Shown here in pieces: positions 7,189 to 17,139 of a stretch of 32,000 bases of DNA. A model generated the notes under the pieces. It did no database searches. It was not told the DNA's origin and saw only the letters and a list, made by a program, of their open reading frames with translations. Position 1 is the first letter of the stretch. Each line of letters starts with the position of its first letter. Position numbers and translations under genes: made by a program. The stretch is from Nostoc sp. PCC 7120 = FACHB-418. Its GTDB lineage: Bacteria > Cyanobacteriota > Cyanobacteriia > Cyanobacteriales > Nostocaceae. Location: contig NC_003272.1 of assembly GCF_000009705.1 (NCBI RefSeq), forward strand, positions 5,130,001 through 5,162,000, written 5' to 3'.

Positions 7189-8682
7189 TTATACAAATAC
7201 CTGGGGAGTAAAGTTGCCGTGAAGGCCATAGGGTACGTGATGCTGGAGATGTAGCCTAGCGATCGCCCCTTTAGTAAAGTCACTAGCATCTAAAATTACC
7301 ACATCTGAACGGTGATGAGCCGCATCATAAACTAGAGCCAGTACCCAACCATCATCCTCTTTTTCTGAGCCTGGACGAGGAACAAAAATCGGCTCACCCG
7401 TAAAACCGCGAGGTGCCACACTCCAGATCTGTTTTTCTCCAGACTCTAAATCTATTTTCAATAATGCTTGCAATGGTGCATTACCTGTAGCTGCATGAGC
7501 CGCACTCATATACAAGTATCGATAAGAGCGTCCTACATTACGGGGATGAATTGCGGGAAACTCACAACAACGAGATTCAATTAATTTTTTTTGTACTGTC
7601 CCATCTTTGAGGTTAAGGTAAAAACGCCATAGTTGACCAGGTGCGATCGCCTCAAAATCCACTTGACGAAAATCACTTTCTGGCTCTACTTCTGGTAAAG
7701 AGTCGTAGCAAAGGGAATCTACAAGAATTTCCTCTCCCACAACAAAAGCATTAACGTGATGGAAAATGAAACCTGAACCTACTTCTAAAGTTTTGATTTC
7801 TTTTTGTCCTGACTGAGGAAAGCGAGGAATGACAATAATCCGTGTTGGCTGATTTGGTTGTACTTGAATACATTCCCCAGCGCCACGTAATCCTAAAGCG
7901 AAAGGGATGGGGTTAAAACTAACAGGATTTTGAAAGAAGATGCAGTGATTAGGTGTAATTACAAAATCGTGAATAAAACAAAACCCAGGTACATGATGAG
8001 CGTGCTTTCTGACAACTTCGCCTGCTACATTTAACTCAAAAATCGTAATTGTTGTAGATAATCCGGGTTTAATTGAAAAATTGACTAAGCAAGGTGCGCC
8101 GTTATCTTGTTCACAACTGGGGTCAAATCGGGGATGAGCGCCAAAAGCCTCACCTGCTGACAAAACACCATGAAAATATTCTTTGCCCAATGTATCTAAC
8201 GTTTTGGGGTCAAGGCGATGGGGTTCTGCCGCCTCCCACAATGCCAATAGTTTCTCACCCCAATAGATAACATTAGTGTTAGCAATATTCTTCAGCTTGA
8301 AATCGAAAATATTAGCTAACCAACCACCAGGTTTTTGAGTACCAAAAACTCCCCGATGCAGAATTTTACCAGCATTTTTCTCTGCTAAATACCCTTCTGT
8401 TTTGACAAAACTATTACGGTAATGGGCGCGACCATTGACAAAGCTAATACGGCTAATCATGCCATCGCCATCAAAGGGATGATGAATGCTTTGTCCTTTT
8501 ATATCCAGCAATCCTGGCCCGTTTCTAAACAAAGTACCTTGCAGTTCGGTAGGAATTTCCCCTTCTACATCATCAATCCAATAATCAAACTCTTGCCTTA
8601 GAGATTTATACCCTCCCTGCCAGTCTTCACGAGTATATGATTTTTCTAAATTTTTCTTTTGTTGATATTTGTAACTTTGCAT
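7189..8682 (-). CDS. Carotenoid cleavage oxygenase (RPE65/apocarotenoid oxygenase family)
   Basis: Four iron-ligand His contexts are present: HPFDGDGM, FCFIHDF, FHHVNAF and YGLHGNF. I start the gene at ATG 8682 (MQSYKYQQ), because the longer ORF begins at a TTG 21 nt upstream. Confidence 0.9.
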   Translation of the reverse strand: MQSYKYQQKKNLEKSYTREDWQGGYKSLRQEFDYWIDDVEGEIPTELQGTLFRNGPGLLDIKGQSIHHPFDGDGMISRISFVNGRAHYRNSFVKTEGYLAEKNAGKILHRGVFGTQKPGGWLANIFDFKLKNIANTNVIYWGEKLLALWEAAEPHRLDPKTLDTLGKEYFHGVLSAGEAFGAHPRFDPSCEQDNGAPCLVNFSIKPGLSTTITIFELNVAGEVVRKHAHHVPGFCFIHDFVITPNHCIFFQNPVSFNPIPFALGLRGAGECIQVQPNQPTRIIVIPRFPQSGQKEIKTLEVGSGFIFHHVNAFVVGEEILVDSLCYDSLPEVEPESDFRQVDFEAIAPGQLWRFYLNLKDGTVQKKLIESRCCEFPAIHPRNVGRSYRYLYMSAAHAATGNAPLQALLKIDLESGEKQIWSVAPRGFTGEPIFVPRPGSEKEDDGWVLALVYDAAHHRSDVVILDASDFTKGAIARLHLQHHVPYGLHGNFTPQVFV

Positions 8683-8727
8683 ATAAAAAAAGGTGAGAAT
8701 CAAGAAAGAATTATTCCGCGTGACTTC

Positions 8728-8770
8728 ATGTCTCCGTGTTGAGAAAACAACCTTTTAACCACAGAGACAT
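8728..8770. repeat. Hairpin-forming small dispersed repeat: ATGTCTCCGTG ... TTAAC-CACAGAGACAT
   Basis: The stem is 11 bp with one mismatch and the loop is 21 nt. The TTAACCACAG(A/G)GACA motif recurs at 23278-23292 in a second hairpin. Confidence 0.6.
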
Positions 8771-8816
8771 TGAGACACAAGTAAAAATTAGGCTATCGTT
8801 GGTTGAGAAACTTTAT

Positions 8817-10238
8817 TCAACTACTTTCGGTTCTGGGTTCTGCTTCTCGCAACCTTAATTCCGGAACTAAATTGGACACTTGAGTATTAGCTGAAGCTGG
8901 TGCTAATGCCTGGGTTTCTATTTCTGCATCATCGGATGGTAGCCAGTTGAGAAACGGCAATGGTAATAGTGTACTCAAGTTAGTAATTAATACCAAAAGC
9001 CAAAGTAAATCAAAGTTAGTTTCAGTAATTCCTAGCCAGTGCATGATGATGGCTCCCGCTTCGTAAGAAACCATGCCTGCTAAATTAAAGACTGACATCA
9101 ACAAGGCAAATAATGTGGCTTCTACACCAGGGGGGCAAAGTCTGGCAGAGAGTACCAAAACTGGCATATAAGCAATTTGTCCCATCACTGTGAGAATGAG
9201 GCTATCACCCAAACTAAACCAACGGTCGTCTATACCCAAAGCCCGATTTGTGTGTGTCACCAGCAATAGCATGGTCATGCCCAAAACTGCGGAAATGACC
9301 GTACTCCAACCAAAAATTAGCCGGAAAGAGACACTTTTTAAGAAACGTTGAAAAATCCAAACACCAATCAAAGATGCCAGACTAGTAACTAAACGCACTC
9401 GCCCTAAAAACTCTGGTTCAAAGTGGAGTTCATTGGTGCTGAAGAAGAAAAAGGCTGAGTCAGCAGTTGGTGTGGCTTGCCAAATAAATACGAATGCAGT
9501 GGGTAGCCAAATACTTTTTTGGGTGAATGCTTGGCGCAGTTGCTGTAGTTGATGCTTGACACTGAGGAGGTTAGTATTACCACTCCCATCTTTACTAACG
9601 GGAGACTCAGCAATCAACCAAGCGACCCCTGAGACTATGAGGGGAAATGAGGCTGTAATCCCAAATACAGTACGGGTTGTGAAATGCTCCAGTAGCAACC
9701 CACTGAAGTAGGCAGTAATCAAACCGCCAAAGGCAGAAGCTCCCCAACATAATGCTTGTAGTGAACCAACATGAGCCACTGATTCTTCTCTGGCACGTTC
9801 CACAACTAGGGAGTCAACTATCACATCACTCACCGCAACAGATAGAGAACCAAGAGCGATCGCCACGGTAGCTGCCCAGCTAGTATGAACTATTGTGGCC
9901 AAACTGATCCAAGAAATTGCCCCCAGTATCCCTGATAACACTAGGTATGGTCGGCGACGGTAGCCGAATATCGGTAAGCCGTCTGAAACAAAGCCAAATA
10001 ATGGCTTAACCATCCAAGGTAAGGCAACAATTCCCATTAATGCCGATACCTGAACAGGACTTAACAACAATTCATCTTTGAGGAAAAAGCTGACGGCTAG
10101 ACGCGCCAGGCCTAAAATCCCTTGGACAAAATAGACGCTAAGGATGGCAATTAATTCGGCACTAGGTTCATTACCGAAGAAAATTTGTTTTCTTACTGAG
10201 TCTTTGACCTTGGACAAGCCAGAGGAGTCAATCAGCAT
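8817..10238 (-). CDS. Folate-biopterin transporter family MFS protein (BT1)
   Basis: 473 aa with about 12 TM helices. The N-terminal region ILSVYFVQGILGLARLAVSFFLKDEL ... LPWMVKPLFGFVSDGLPIFGYRRRPYL matches BT1-family hallmarks as I remember them. Confidence 0.75.
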   Translation of the reverse strand: MLIDSSGLSKVKDSVRKQIFFGNEPSAELIAILSVYFVQGILGLARLAVSFFLKDELLLSPVQVSALMGIVALPWMVKPLFGFVSDGLPIFGYRRRPYLVLSGILGAISWISLATIVHTSWAATVAIALGSLSVAVSDVIVDSLVVERAREESVAHVGSLQALCWGASAFGGLITAYFSGLLLEHFTTRTVFGITASFPLIVSGVAWLIAESPVSKDGSGNTNLLSVKHQLQQLRQAFTQKSIWLPTAFVFIWQATPTADSAFFFFSTNELHFEPEFLGRVRLVTSLASLIGVWIFQRFLKSVSFRLIFGWSTVISAVLGMTMLLLVTHTNRALGIDDRWFSLGDSLILTVMGQIAYMPVLVLSARLCPPGVEATLFALLMSVFNLAGMVSYEAGAIIMHWLGITETNFDLLWLLVLITNLSTLLPLPFLNWLPSDDAEIETQALAPASANTQVSNLVPELRLREAEPRTESS

Positions 10239-10296
10239 TTGATGAATATTCTTTAAGTTTTATCGACTTTTCTATCATATCCGTTTCTGAAATGTA

Positions 10297-10324
10297 GGGA
10301 TTGGGGATTAGGGACTGGGGACTG
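10297..10324. repeat. STRR-type heptamer array (GGGACTG family, complement of CCCCAGT)
   Basis: The units read gggattg gggatta gggactg gggactg. Confidence 0.85.
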
Positions 10325-10376
10325 AAGAAAAGGCAAAATTTTTGTGGGAAATTCCTTGTTGTCTAAACTCTAGACC

Positions 10377-11543
10377 CTAACCCCAATTATCATTCCCTCT
10401 TCCTAAAGCTATAGCTGCATTCTGTCCACCAAAACCAAAACTCAGACACAACACCTGTTGAATTTGGCTGTGTTGTGCTGTTTTTACTATATTCAAATCA
10501 AATTCTGGTTCCTGGAATCCCACACAGGGAGGTATTATTTTTTGCTCTAAAGCTAGAAGTGAAAAAGCCACTCCTAATGCGCCTGATGCGCCTAAAGTAT
10601 GGCCTGTACTGCCTTTGGTAGAACTGACTGCTACTTTTGAGGGAAATAAATGTTTGATTACTTGACTTTCTACTCTGTCATTGAGCTGAGTAGCTGTACC
10701 GTGAGCATGAATGTAATCGATATCAGTCAATGTTAGCTGACTCCGAGCTAAACATTGCTGAATAGATGCGATCGCCCCCTTCCCCTCCGGCTCTAATTGA
10801 GTACTATGATAAGCATCATTTATCAAGCCAAAACCCAAAATTTGACCATAAATCTTGGCTTTACGTTTTTTTGCTAATTGTCTGGATTCCAAGACAAATA
10901 CAGCAGCCCCTTCACCTAAAACTAAACCTTCACGCTGTAAATCAAAGGGGTAAGCTCCGGTTTTGGCTAAAGCTCCCATTTGTTGAAACCCTGACAAGGT
11001 TAAGGGTGTAATTGCTGCTTCCGTGGCTCCAGCAATGACGCGTTGATATTGCCCTGTCTGGATAAGAATTGCGGCTTGAGCGATCGCCCAAATTCCGGTA
11101 GCACAAGCCGCCATCGGTGCTATAACTGCCCCTGTCGCCCCAATTTGTCGCGCTGCGGCGATCGTATTCATGTGGGGTAAAACATCTAACCAATTCTCTA
11201 ATTTTTCTGCCTCATCCGCAGAATCATCACCAGTATATATTTGCCGTGCTAGTTTTTCCCACGATCCTTGATAACCGCGACTAGAACCAATGACTAGCGC
11301 ACAATCAGTTAAAGGTGGTACTAACCCCGCATCTTTGATTGCCGCATCCACCACCACCTGAGTCAAGCTGTGCAAACTAGTCGGCTTTTCACCAATTAAG
11401 CCTAAAGGTAGAGGTGGTAACTCTGGAAATGGTTGATGCCATTTTATTCCAGACTTGCCTGCAATTAAACCTTGCCAACTCTCCTCTAGGCTCTTACCCA
11501 AGGCTGAAACTAGCCCAATACCAGTAATGACAACTTCAATCAT
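10377..11543 (-). CDS. Beta-ketoacyl-ACP synthase, FabF/KAS II-like (Cys-His-His type)
   Basis: The active-site contexts are MAACATG (Cys), HAHGTATQLND (His) and STKGSTGHTLGASG (His), with a C-terminal SFGFGGQNAA. At 388 aa it is shorter than a canonical FabF. Confidence 0.88.
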   Translation of the reverse strand: MIEVVITGIGLVSALGKSLEESWQGLIAGKSGIKWHQPFPELPPLPLGLIGEKPTSLHSLTQVVVDAAIKDAGLVPPLTDCALVIGSSRGYQGSWEKLARQIYTGDDSADEAEKLENWLDVLPHMNTIAAARQIGATGAVIAPMAACATGIWAIAQAAILIQTGQYQRVIAGATEAAITPLTLSGFQQMGALAKTGAYPFDLQREGLVLGEGAAVFVLESRQLAKKRKAKIYGQILGFGLINDAYHSTQLEPEGKGAIASIQQCLARSQLTLTDIDYIHAHGTATQLNDRVESQVIKHLFPSKVAVSSTKGSTGHTLGASGALGVAFSLLALEQKIIPPCVGFQEPEFDLNIVKTAQHSQIQQVLCLSFGFGGQNAAIALGRGNDNWG

Positions 11544-11634
11544 GTGAGATTTTGGATTAGAGATGAGGAAATAAAGAAAAGGACACTGATTACTCTATTC
11601 CCAATCACTAGTACCCCATCCCTAATCCCCAAAC

Positions 11635-12420
11635 CTATTGAGGAACTTTCAAGTTCTCAGCACCTTGAGTAACTTTAGCCGAGTCGATGCGATCGCCTTG
11701 CTGAATTTTGTTCACTACGTCAAAGCCTTGAGTAACTTGACCAAATACAGCATAGTTACCGTCGAGGAATCCCAAATCAGCTAGAGCAAAGTAAAACTGC
11801 GAAGATGCCGAATCTGGTTGTTGCGATCGCGCCATTGCTAACGCCCCTTGTTTATGCTGTAACTCAGGTGCTACTGTCACTCTAGCAGACTCGAATGTTT
11901 TGCTATAAAGTGGTTCCGCCTCTCCTTTGGGTTTAATTTCTAAGGGAATACGGCGTTCGGTGCCACTTTTTGGGTCAATATAACCACCAGTTCCCCAGAG
12001 TTGTTGAGAACTTTGTGGGTCTTTACTTTGAGGGTCGCCGCCTTGCACTACAAAGGGTTGAGGCTGACGGACAACCCGATGAAAAACGGTGTTATCGTAA
12101 ACACCTTTTTGAACTAAATCAATGAAATTGCCAGCTGTGATGGGGGCATTAGTACCGTCTACCTCGACAGTAATTGGTGACCCTTTAACTGTAATTACCA
12201 CAGTAGCTTTGCCTTCGAGGCGTGGTAAAGAATTTGTCATTCCCGAATTACTCTCACTAGTTGTTTCAGAGACAGATGTTGCTTCAGTAGTGGTGGTTGT
12301 CTCAACTGCTGTAGAAGCTGGAGAAGAGTTAAGGCTAACCTCCTGTGCAGAACAACCTCCCAACATCAGGGAGCCGATTATTAAAAATGCAACCAAGAAT
12401 TGTGAAAATTTTAACCGCAT
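11635..12420 (-). CDS. Cyclophilin-type peptidyl-prolyl cis-trans isomerase, lipoprotein
   Basis: It has a lipobox (LMLGGCSA), a Ser/Thr-rich linker and cyclophilin motifs [21 protein letters not shown] and YAVFGQV. Confidence 0.9.
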   Translation of the reverse strand: MRLKFSQFLVAFLIIGSLMLGGCSAQEVSLNSSPASTAVETTTTTEATSVSETTSESNSGMTNSLPRLEGKATVVITVKGSPITVEVDGTNAPITAGNFIDLVQKGVYDNTVFHRVVRQPQPFVVQGGDPQSKDPQSSQQLWGTGGYIDPKSGTERRIPLEIKPKGEAEPLYSKTFESARVTVAPELQHKQGALAMARSQQPDSASSQFYFALADLGFLDGNYAVFGQVTQGFDVVNKIQQGDRIDSAKVTQGAENLKVPQ

Positions 12421-12464
12421 TGTTCAGTTACTGACTCAACCAAAGTATATTAGCCTCTTATAAC

Positions 12465-12509
12465 AATTCAAAATTCAAAATTCAAAATTCAAAATTCAAA
12501 ATTCAAAAT
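12465..12509. repeat. Heptamer tandem repeat (AATTCAA) of 6 units plus a partial unit
   Basis: Perfect units read directly from the sequence. The same heptamer occurs twice in the terminal repeat of the MITE-like copy A (5601-5614). Confidence 0.95.
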
Positions 12510-12650
12510 AAATAATTAACTAGAGGAATGGGCAGAGGGACAGGATGTAGGAGGACAGGGGGACACCTTTCTCTAAGTTTTTCCCCCTTGCTCCCCTGTT
12601 TCTTCATCTACCAAACTTCGGAAATCTAAAGCTACATCCAATCATTACCC

Positions 12651-13247
12651 TTAAAGACCTTCCAAGGGTACTCCTAAAAAGCGGGCTAACTGAGCGCCTT
12701 GAGTTTCTAATTCCGCCAAAGATAAAGGTTGACCGACTCTAGTCAATGGTATATCTCGGCGACCTTTAACGCGTAGATATAACGCGCGGCGAGGATTCAA
12801 GCCTTCCTTGATATCTACACGTACAGACTGTATATCTTGTATACGACTGCCAATTTCAATCTTACGGTTTTTACCAGGAAATCCCCAACGAAATATTTTA
12901 ATATTCCCGGTTTCTCGATTGAAATCGTTGTAGCCGCCGCCTAAGTCCCAGAGGATAACCAGCCACAAATACGACGCTAAAAGCAAGCCAGCAGTGCCAT
13001 ATAGACCCATTACCAACCCTTGAGGTACAAATATCAGTTGAGTTGGGTCGGTAACTATGAGTAAATTAACTCTTAAGTAACTGGATATGCCTGCCAAAAA
13101 AAAGCCCGATGCTCCCAACGTAACAATACTTGCCCACCAGTAGTTACTGAATCGACGAGAACCGAGAACTTTTTGATGGAGGACGCTGGAAGCGGAACTG
13201 TCACCGTTAGGTGAATCGCCTTTGTTAATTGTTGTTGATGCCGTCAT
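12651..13247 (-). CDS. ycf4: Photosystem I assembly protein Ycf4
   Basis: It has the Ycf4 hallmarks RRFSNYWWASIVTLGASGFFLAGISSYL and LVMGLYGTAG (two TM helices) plus a conserved C-terminal domain. I start it at ATG 13247, because the ORF-track start at 13319 is a TTG. Confidence 0.88.
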   Translation of the reverse strand: MTASTTINKGDSPNGDSSASSVLHQKVLGSRRFSNYWWASIVTLGASGFFLAGISSYLRVNLLIVTDPTQLIFVPQGLVMGLYGTAGLLLASYLWLVILWDLGGGYNDFNRETGNIKIFRWGFPGKNRKIEIGSRIQDIQSVRVDIKEGLNPRRALYLRVKGRRDIPLTRVGQPLSLAELETQGAQLARFLGVPLEGL

Positions 13248-13325
13248 GGAAATATCTTGGCCTGTGAGTTCTTCCCTTTTAAGAGTCTGCCACCTGAATA
13301 GGATGTCTTGCAAGCTCAAGATTAG

Positions 13326-13358
13326 TTAGTTAACCGTTGACAGTTAACGGTTAACTAA
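13326..13358. promoter_or_regulatory. Perfect 13-bp inverted repeat TTAGTTAACCGTT / AACGGTTAACTAA with a 7-nt loop, in the ycf4/psbD divergent spacer
   Basis: Read directly from the sequence. A TTGACA hexamer (13337-13342) spans the junction between the left arm and the loop. The function is unknown. Confidence 0.35.
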
Positions 13359-13730
13359 GTCCAATGTCAAGATTTCTGAGAAAAGTTGTGTCAGATTGTA
13401 AAATTTCTGATATTCATAGTATTTAATAGGTTCGTGTTTAATGGTTGATTCACATTGGATGGATTAAGCAAAAGCCGAACTAATATGGTAAGTTAAGAAT
13501 CATTAAGTTACCACACGCTAGGTGACTAGCTGATGGTGCGTGTAAAGACATAACTCTGAGAAAAGCCAATTTAACTAATTGGTAGCCTCTCAGGAACTCA
13601 GAAGTTTTAAGACAACTGAGAATGTCAAAAAAAACGTTATTTCCTCGCGGTAGTTGCCAAAAGTTGGGAAACCCAGCTAAAGCACTGCTTAAAGACGTTG
13701 CAATTTTTAGTAAAAGAGGATTTTAGTTAA

Positions 13731-14786
13731 ATGACCATCGCAGTAGGACGGGCCCCCAGTAGAGGGTGGTTTGACGTACTAGACGACTGGTTAAAGCGCG
13801 ATCGCTTCGTATTCGTAGGCTGGTCAGGGATATTATTATTTCCTTGCGCCTTCCTAGCACTAGGCGGTTGGCTAACCGGTACAACATTTGTAACGTCGTG
13901 GTACACCCACGGACTAGCATCATCCTACCTGGAAGGAGCAAACTTCCTGACAGTAGCAGTATCCAGCCCAGCAGACAGCATGGGACACTCCCTGTTGTTG
14001 TTATGGGGGCCAGAAGCCCAAGGCGACTTGACCCGTTGGTTTCAGCTAGGAGGGTTATGGCCATTCGTAGCCCTACACGGAGCCTTTGGATTAATCGGGT
14101 TCATGCTACGTCAATTTGAAATTGCGCGGCTAGTAGGAATTAGACCCTACAACGCACTAGCATTTTCAGCCCCCATCGCGGTATTCGTCAGCGTATTCCT
14201 GATGTACCCCTTGGGACAATCTTCCTGGTTCTTCGCACCCAGCTTCGGAGTAGCAGCAATCTTCAGATTCTTGTTATTCCTCCAAGGGTTCCACAACTGG
14301 ACACTCAACCCCTTCCACATGATGGGAGTAGCTGGTGTACTAGGTGGAGCGTTACTGTGTGCCATCCACGGTGCCACAGTAGAAAACACCTTGTTTGAAG
14401 ACGGCGAAGGCGCAAACACCTTCCGTGCCTTCAACCCCACCCAATCAGAAGAAACCTATTCAATGGTGACAGCCAACCGATTCTGGTCACAGATATTCGG
14501 GATTGCGTTCTCCAACAAACGCTGGTTGCACTTCTTCATGTTGTTCGTACCCGTAACTGGGTTGTGGATGAGTGCTGTAGGCATCGTCGGTTTAGCATTA
14601 AACCTCCGGGCTTATGACTTCGTTTCCCAAGAACTACGGGCAGCAGAAGACCCAGAATTTGAAACCTTCTATACCAAGAACATTTTGTTGAACGAGGGTA
14701 TCCGCGCTTGGATGGCTCCTCAAGATCAGCCTCACGAAAAATTTGTATTCCCCGAAGAGGTACTACCACGTGGTAACGCTCTCTAA
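13731..14786 (+). CDS. psbD: Photosystem II D2 reaction-centre protein
   Basis: The 351-aa translation is an unmistakable D2 sequence ([33 protein letters not shown] ... [12 protein letters not shown]). Confidence 0.99.
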   Translation: MTIAVGRAPSRGWFDVLDDWLKRDRFVFVGWSGILLFPCAFLALGGWLTGTTFVTSWYTHGLASSYLEGANFLTVAVSSPADSMGHSLLLLWGPEAQGDLTRWFQLGGLWPFVALHGAFGLIGFMLRQFEIARLVGIRPYNALAFSAPIAVFVSVFLMYPLGQSSWFFAPSFGVAAIFRFLLFLQGFHNWTLNPFHMMGVAGVLGGALLCAIHGATVENTLFEDGEGANTFRAFNPTQSEETYSMVTANRFWSQIFGIAFSNKRWLHFFMLFVPVTGLWMSAVGIVGLALNLRAYDFVSQELRAAEDPEFETFYTKNILLNEGIRAWMAPQDQPHEKFVFPEEVLPRGNAL

Positions 14787-16149
14787 TACCTTAGGCGGCG
14801 GACGCGACCAAGAATCATCCGGTTTTGCTTGGTGGTCTGGTAATGCGCGCCTAATTAACTTATCCGGTAAACTGCTGGGCGCTCACGTTGCTCATGCTGG
14901 CTTGATTGTATTCTGGGCTGGAGCGATGACTTTATTTGAAGTCGCTCACTTTATTCCAGAAAAACCAGTGTACGAGCAGGGTTTAATCCTGTTACCTCAC
15001 GTCGCTACCCTTGGTTGGGGCGTTGGCGTTGGTGGTGAAGTTATCGACACCTTCCCCTACTTTGTTGTCGGTGTACTCCACCTGATTTCTTCTGCTGTAT
15101 TAGGCTTTGGTGGTATTTACCATGCCGTCCGTGGCCCAGAAACCTTAGAAGAGTACTCCTCTTTCTTTGGTTACGACTGGAAAGACAAGAACAAGATGAC
15201 CAATATCATTGGCTTCCACCTGATCATCCTGGGATGTGGTGCGTTGCTGTTGGTATTAAAAGCAATGTTCTTTGGTGGTGTCTATGACACATGGGCCCCT
15301 GGTGGTGGTGATGTACGTGTAATTACTAATCCCACACTGAACCCAGCTGTGATCTTCGGTTATTTGCTTAAATCCCCCTTCGGTGGCGAAGGTTGGATTG
15401 TTAGCGTTAATAACATGGAAGATGTCATTGGCGGACACATCTGGATCGCTTTAATTTGTATTTCTGGCGGTATTTGGCACATCTTCACAAAGCCTTTCGG
15501 TTGGGCGCGTCGTGCGTTCATCTGGTCTGGTGAAGCATATCTTTCCTACAGCTTAGGCGCTTTGTCCTTAATGGGCTTTATCGCTTCCTGTATGGTTTGG
15601 TACAACAACACCGTTTACCCCAGCGAATTCTTCGGTCCCACCGGCCCTGAAGCTTCTCAAGCTCAAGCATTGACCTTCTTGGTTCGTGACCAACGCTTAG
15701 GTGCTAACGTCGGTTCTGCCCAAGGCCCTACAGGTCTAGGTAAATACTTGATGCGCTCTCCTTCTGGTGAAATCATCTTTGGTGGTGAAACCATGCGCTT
15801 CTGGGATTTCCAAGGCCCTTGGTTAGAGCCTCTACGTGGCCCTAACGGTCTTGATCTCGACAAAATCAAGAATGATATTCAGCCTTGGCAAGCACGTCGC
15901 GCTGCTGAATACATGACCCACGCTCCTCTAGGTTCTTTGAACTCTGTGGGCGGTGTGGCTACAGAAATTAACTCCTTCAACTACGTCTCACCTCGTGCGT
16001 GGTTGGCTACTTCTCACTTTGTGTTAGGATTTTTCTTCTTAATTGGTCACTTGTGGCACGCTGGACGCGCTCGCGCTGCGGCTGGTGGTTTTGAGAAGGG
16101 TATCGACCGTGAGAATGAGCCAGCAATGGCTATGGGTGACCTTGACTAG
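14770..16149 (+). CDS. psbC: Photosystem II CP43 chlorophyll-binding protein
   Basis: The translation is an unmistakable CP43 sequence ([50 protein letters not shown] ...). I start it at GTG 14770, which overlaps psbD by 17 nt. The ATG at 14743 would add a non-conserved MYSPKRYYH. Confidence 0.97.
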   Translation: MVTLSNTLGGGRDQESSGFAWWSGNARLINLSGKLLGAHVAHAGLIVFWAGAMTLFEVAHFIPEKPVYEQGLILLPHVATLGWGVGVGGEVIDTFPYFVVGVLHLISSAVLGFGGIYHAVRGPETLEEYSSFFGYDWKDKNKMTNIIGFHLIILGCGALLLVLKAMFFGGVYDTWAPGGGDVRVITNPTLNPAVIFGYLLKSPFGGEGWIVSVNNMEDVIGGHIWIALICISGGIWHIFTKPFGWARRAFIWSGEAYLSYSLGALSLMGFIASCMVWYNNTVYPSEFFGPTGPEASQAQALTFLVRDQRLGANVGSAQGPTGLGKYLMRSPSGEIIFGGETMRFWDFQGPWLEPLRGPNGLDLDKIKNDIQPWQARRAAEYMTHAPLGSLNSVGGVATEINSFNYVSPRAWLATSHFVLGFFFLIGHLWHAGRARAAAGGFEKGIDRENEPAMAMGDLD

Positions 16150-16192
16150 GTTGCAAATTTTATTTCATCACTGACAATCAAACGCTTTTTAG

Positions 16193-16221
16193 GCTCTTGC
16201 GTAACAGCAAGAGCTTTTTTT
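16193..16221 (+). terminator. Intrinsic terminator downstream of psbC
   Basis: The stem is GCTCTTGC (16193-16200) / GCAAGAGC (16207-16214), the loop is 6 nt, and a T7 run follows (16215-16221). Confidence 0.8.
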
Positions 16222-16234
16222 AATTATGGATTTT

Positions 16235-16272
16235 GGGGACTGGGGACTGGAGACTGGCGATTGGGGATTGGG
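16235..16272. repeat. STRR-type heptamer array (GGGGACT family)
   Basis: The units read ggggact ggggact ggagact ggcgatt ggggatt ggg. Confidence 0.85.
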
Positions 16273-16326
16273 TACAAGGAAAAGAATATAGAGGGATACA
16301 GGATTATGAATGTTTGAAACCATTAC

Positions 16327-16358
16327 ACCCTTATACCCCTATACCCCTATACCCTTAC
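16327..16358. repeat. Octamer tandem repeat ACCC(C/T)TAT, 4 units
   Basis: The units read acccttat acccctat acccctat acccttac. Confidence 0.85.
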
Positions 16359-16425
16359 TTACCAGAAAGGGAAACGGCCGCTACTGTGATTGTAAAAATG
16401 TAATCTACCAAAACCGAGGAATTGG

Positions 16426-16929
16426 CTATGAGTTTTTTTCTCCTGCGGGAAAAGCTGTAACCCCAAATAGATATACTCCTGAGATGGTTGGATTTTGCCA
16501 AGGTTTCAAGCCAATTGTGATGGTTTTACCTGGAGATACTGGCGGGTCAAATATTAGAGATACTGTTCTGGTTTGACGATTATCAGCCGCATCTTTTAAT
16601 CCAATTCTCTGTCCTCTATGGGAGCGTGTACCTTCAAAAGCAAAACTATTTTTGAGGTCGAAGCGAATATTATCTACTCCCTGATGTTGGTTAATTGTGA
16701 GTTTTTGTAAGGGTTCGCTAGCGTTTTCTGGCAAGTTGACTGTGAAATAATATGTTGCGCCCCAGACATTGACCTGATTGTATGTGGTTACAGTTTCTAC
16801 AAGGCGTGGTGGTTGGACAAAATAGACTGTACCATCTTGCAACTGAATTGCTTGACTCGGTGGGATGGTATATCCATTGAGTATTGCTAAACTGGCGATC
16901 GCTCTACCCAATAATACTTTAAGGCGCAT
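16426..16929 (-). CDS. Secreted conserved cyanobacterial protein, DUF2808-like
   Basis: 167 aa with a signal peptide. The segment DGTVYFVQPPRLV...TTYN...WGATYYFTVNLPENA resembles the DUF2808 family as I remember it. This needs an HMM check. Confidence 0.5.
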   Translation of the reverse strand: MRLKVLLGRAIASLAILNGYTIPPSQAIQLQDGTVYFVQPPRLVETVTTYNQVNVWGATYYFTVNLPENASEPLQKLTINQHQGVDNIRFDLKNSFAFEGTRSHRGQRIGLKDAADNRQTRTVSLIFDPPVSPGKTITIGLKPWQNPTISGVYLFGVTAFPAGEKNS

Positions 16930-17139
16930 GACTCAGCTTGTTTGACTCATTAGATAGTAATTATACTTGCTCAATATCTAAAATAATTAGCCCATAAACT
17001 TAACATTTATTATTAATAAATTACCAAGATAACTATTATTACTTAAAAATACAAATGATTTGTAAAAGATAATTGATATCTATTGTCAGAGTTACTATGA
17101 AAGTTAGAAACTAAACATACAAACCCAGCAATTATTCTT

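Noticed and set aside
12122-12463. A 113-aa plus-strand ORF.
   Set aside because: It is antisense to the cyclophilin gene, mostly its Ser/Thr-rich linker, so it is a shadow ORF.
14743-14769. ATG 14743 as the psbC start.
   Set aside because: The nine extra residues are not CP43-like. The GTG at 14770 gives the conserved VTLSN... N-terminus.
13723-14769. Several 77-113-aa ORFs overlapping psbD in other frames or on the other strand (13723-14064 minus, 13844-14119 plus, 14147-14440 minus, 14536-14769 minus).
   Set aside because: They lie fully inside an unmistakable D2 gene. They are frame shadows of a GC-biased, highly expressed gene.
16310-16576. An 88-aa plus-strand ORF.
   Set aside because: It starts in the octamer repeat array and overlaps the 3' end of the better-supported DUF2808-like gene on the opposite strand. 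It has no recognisable motifs.
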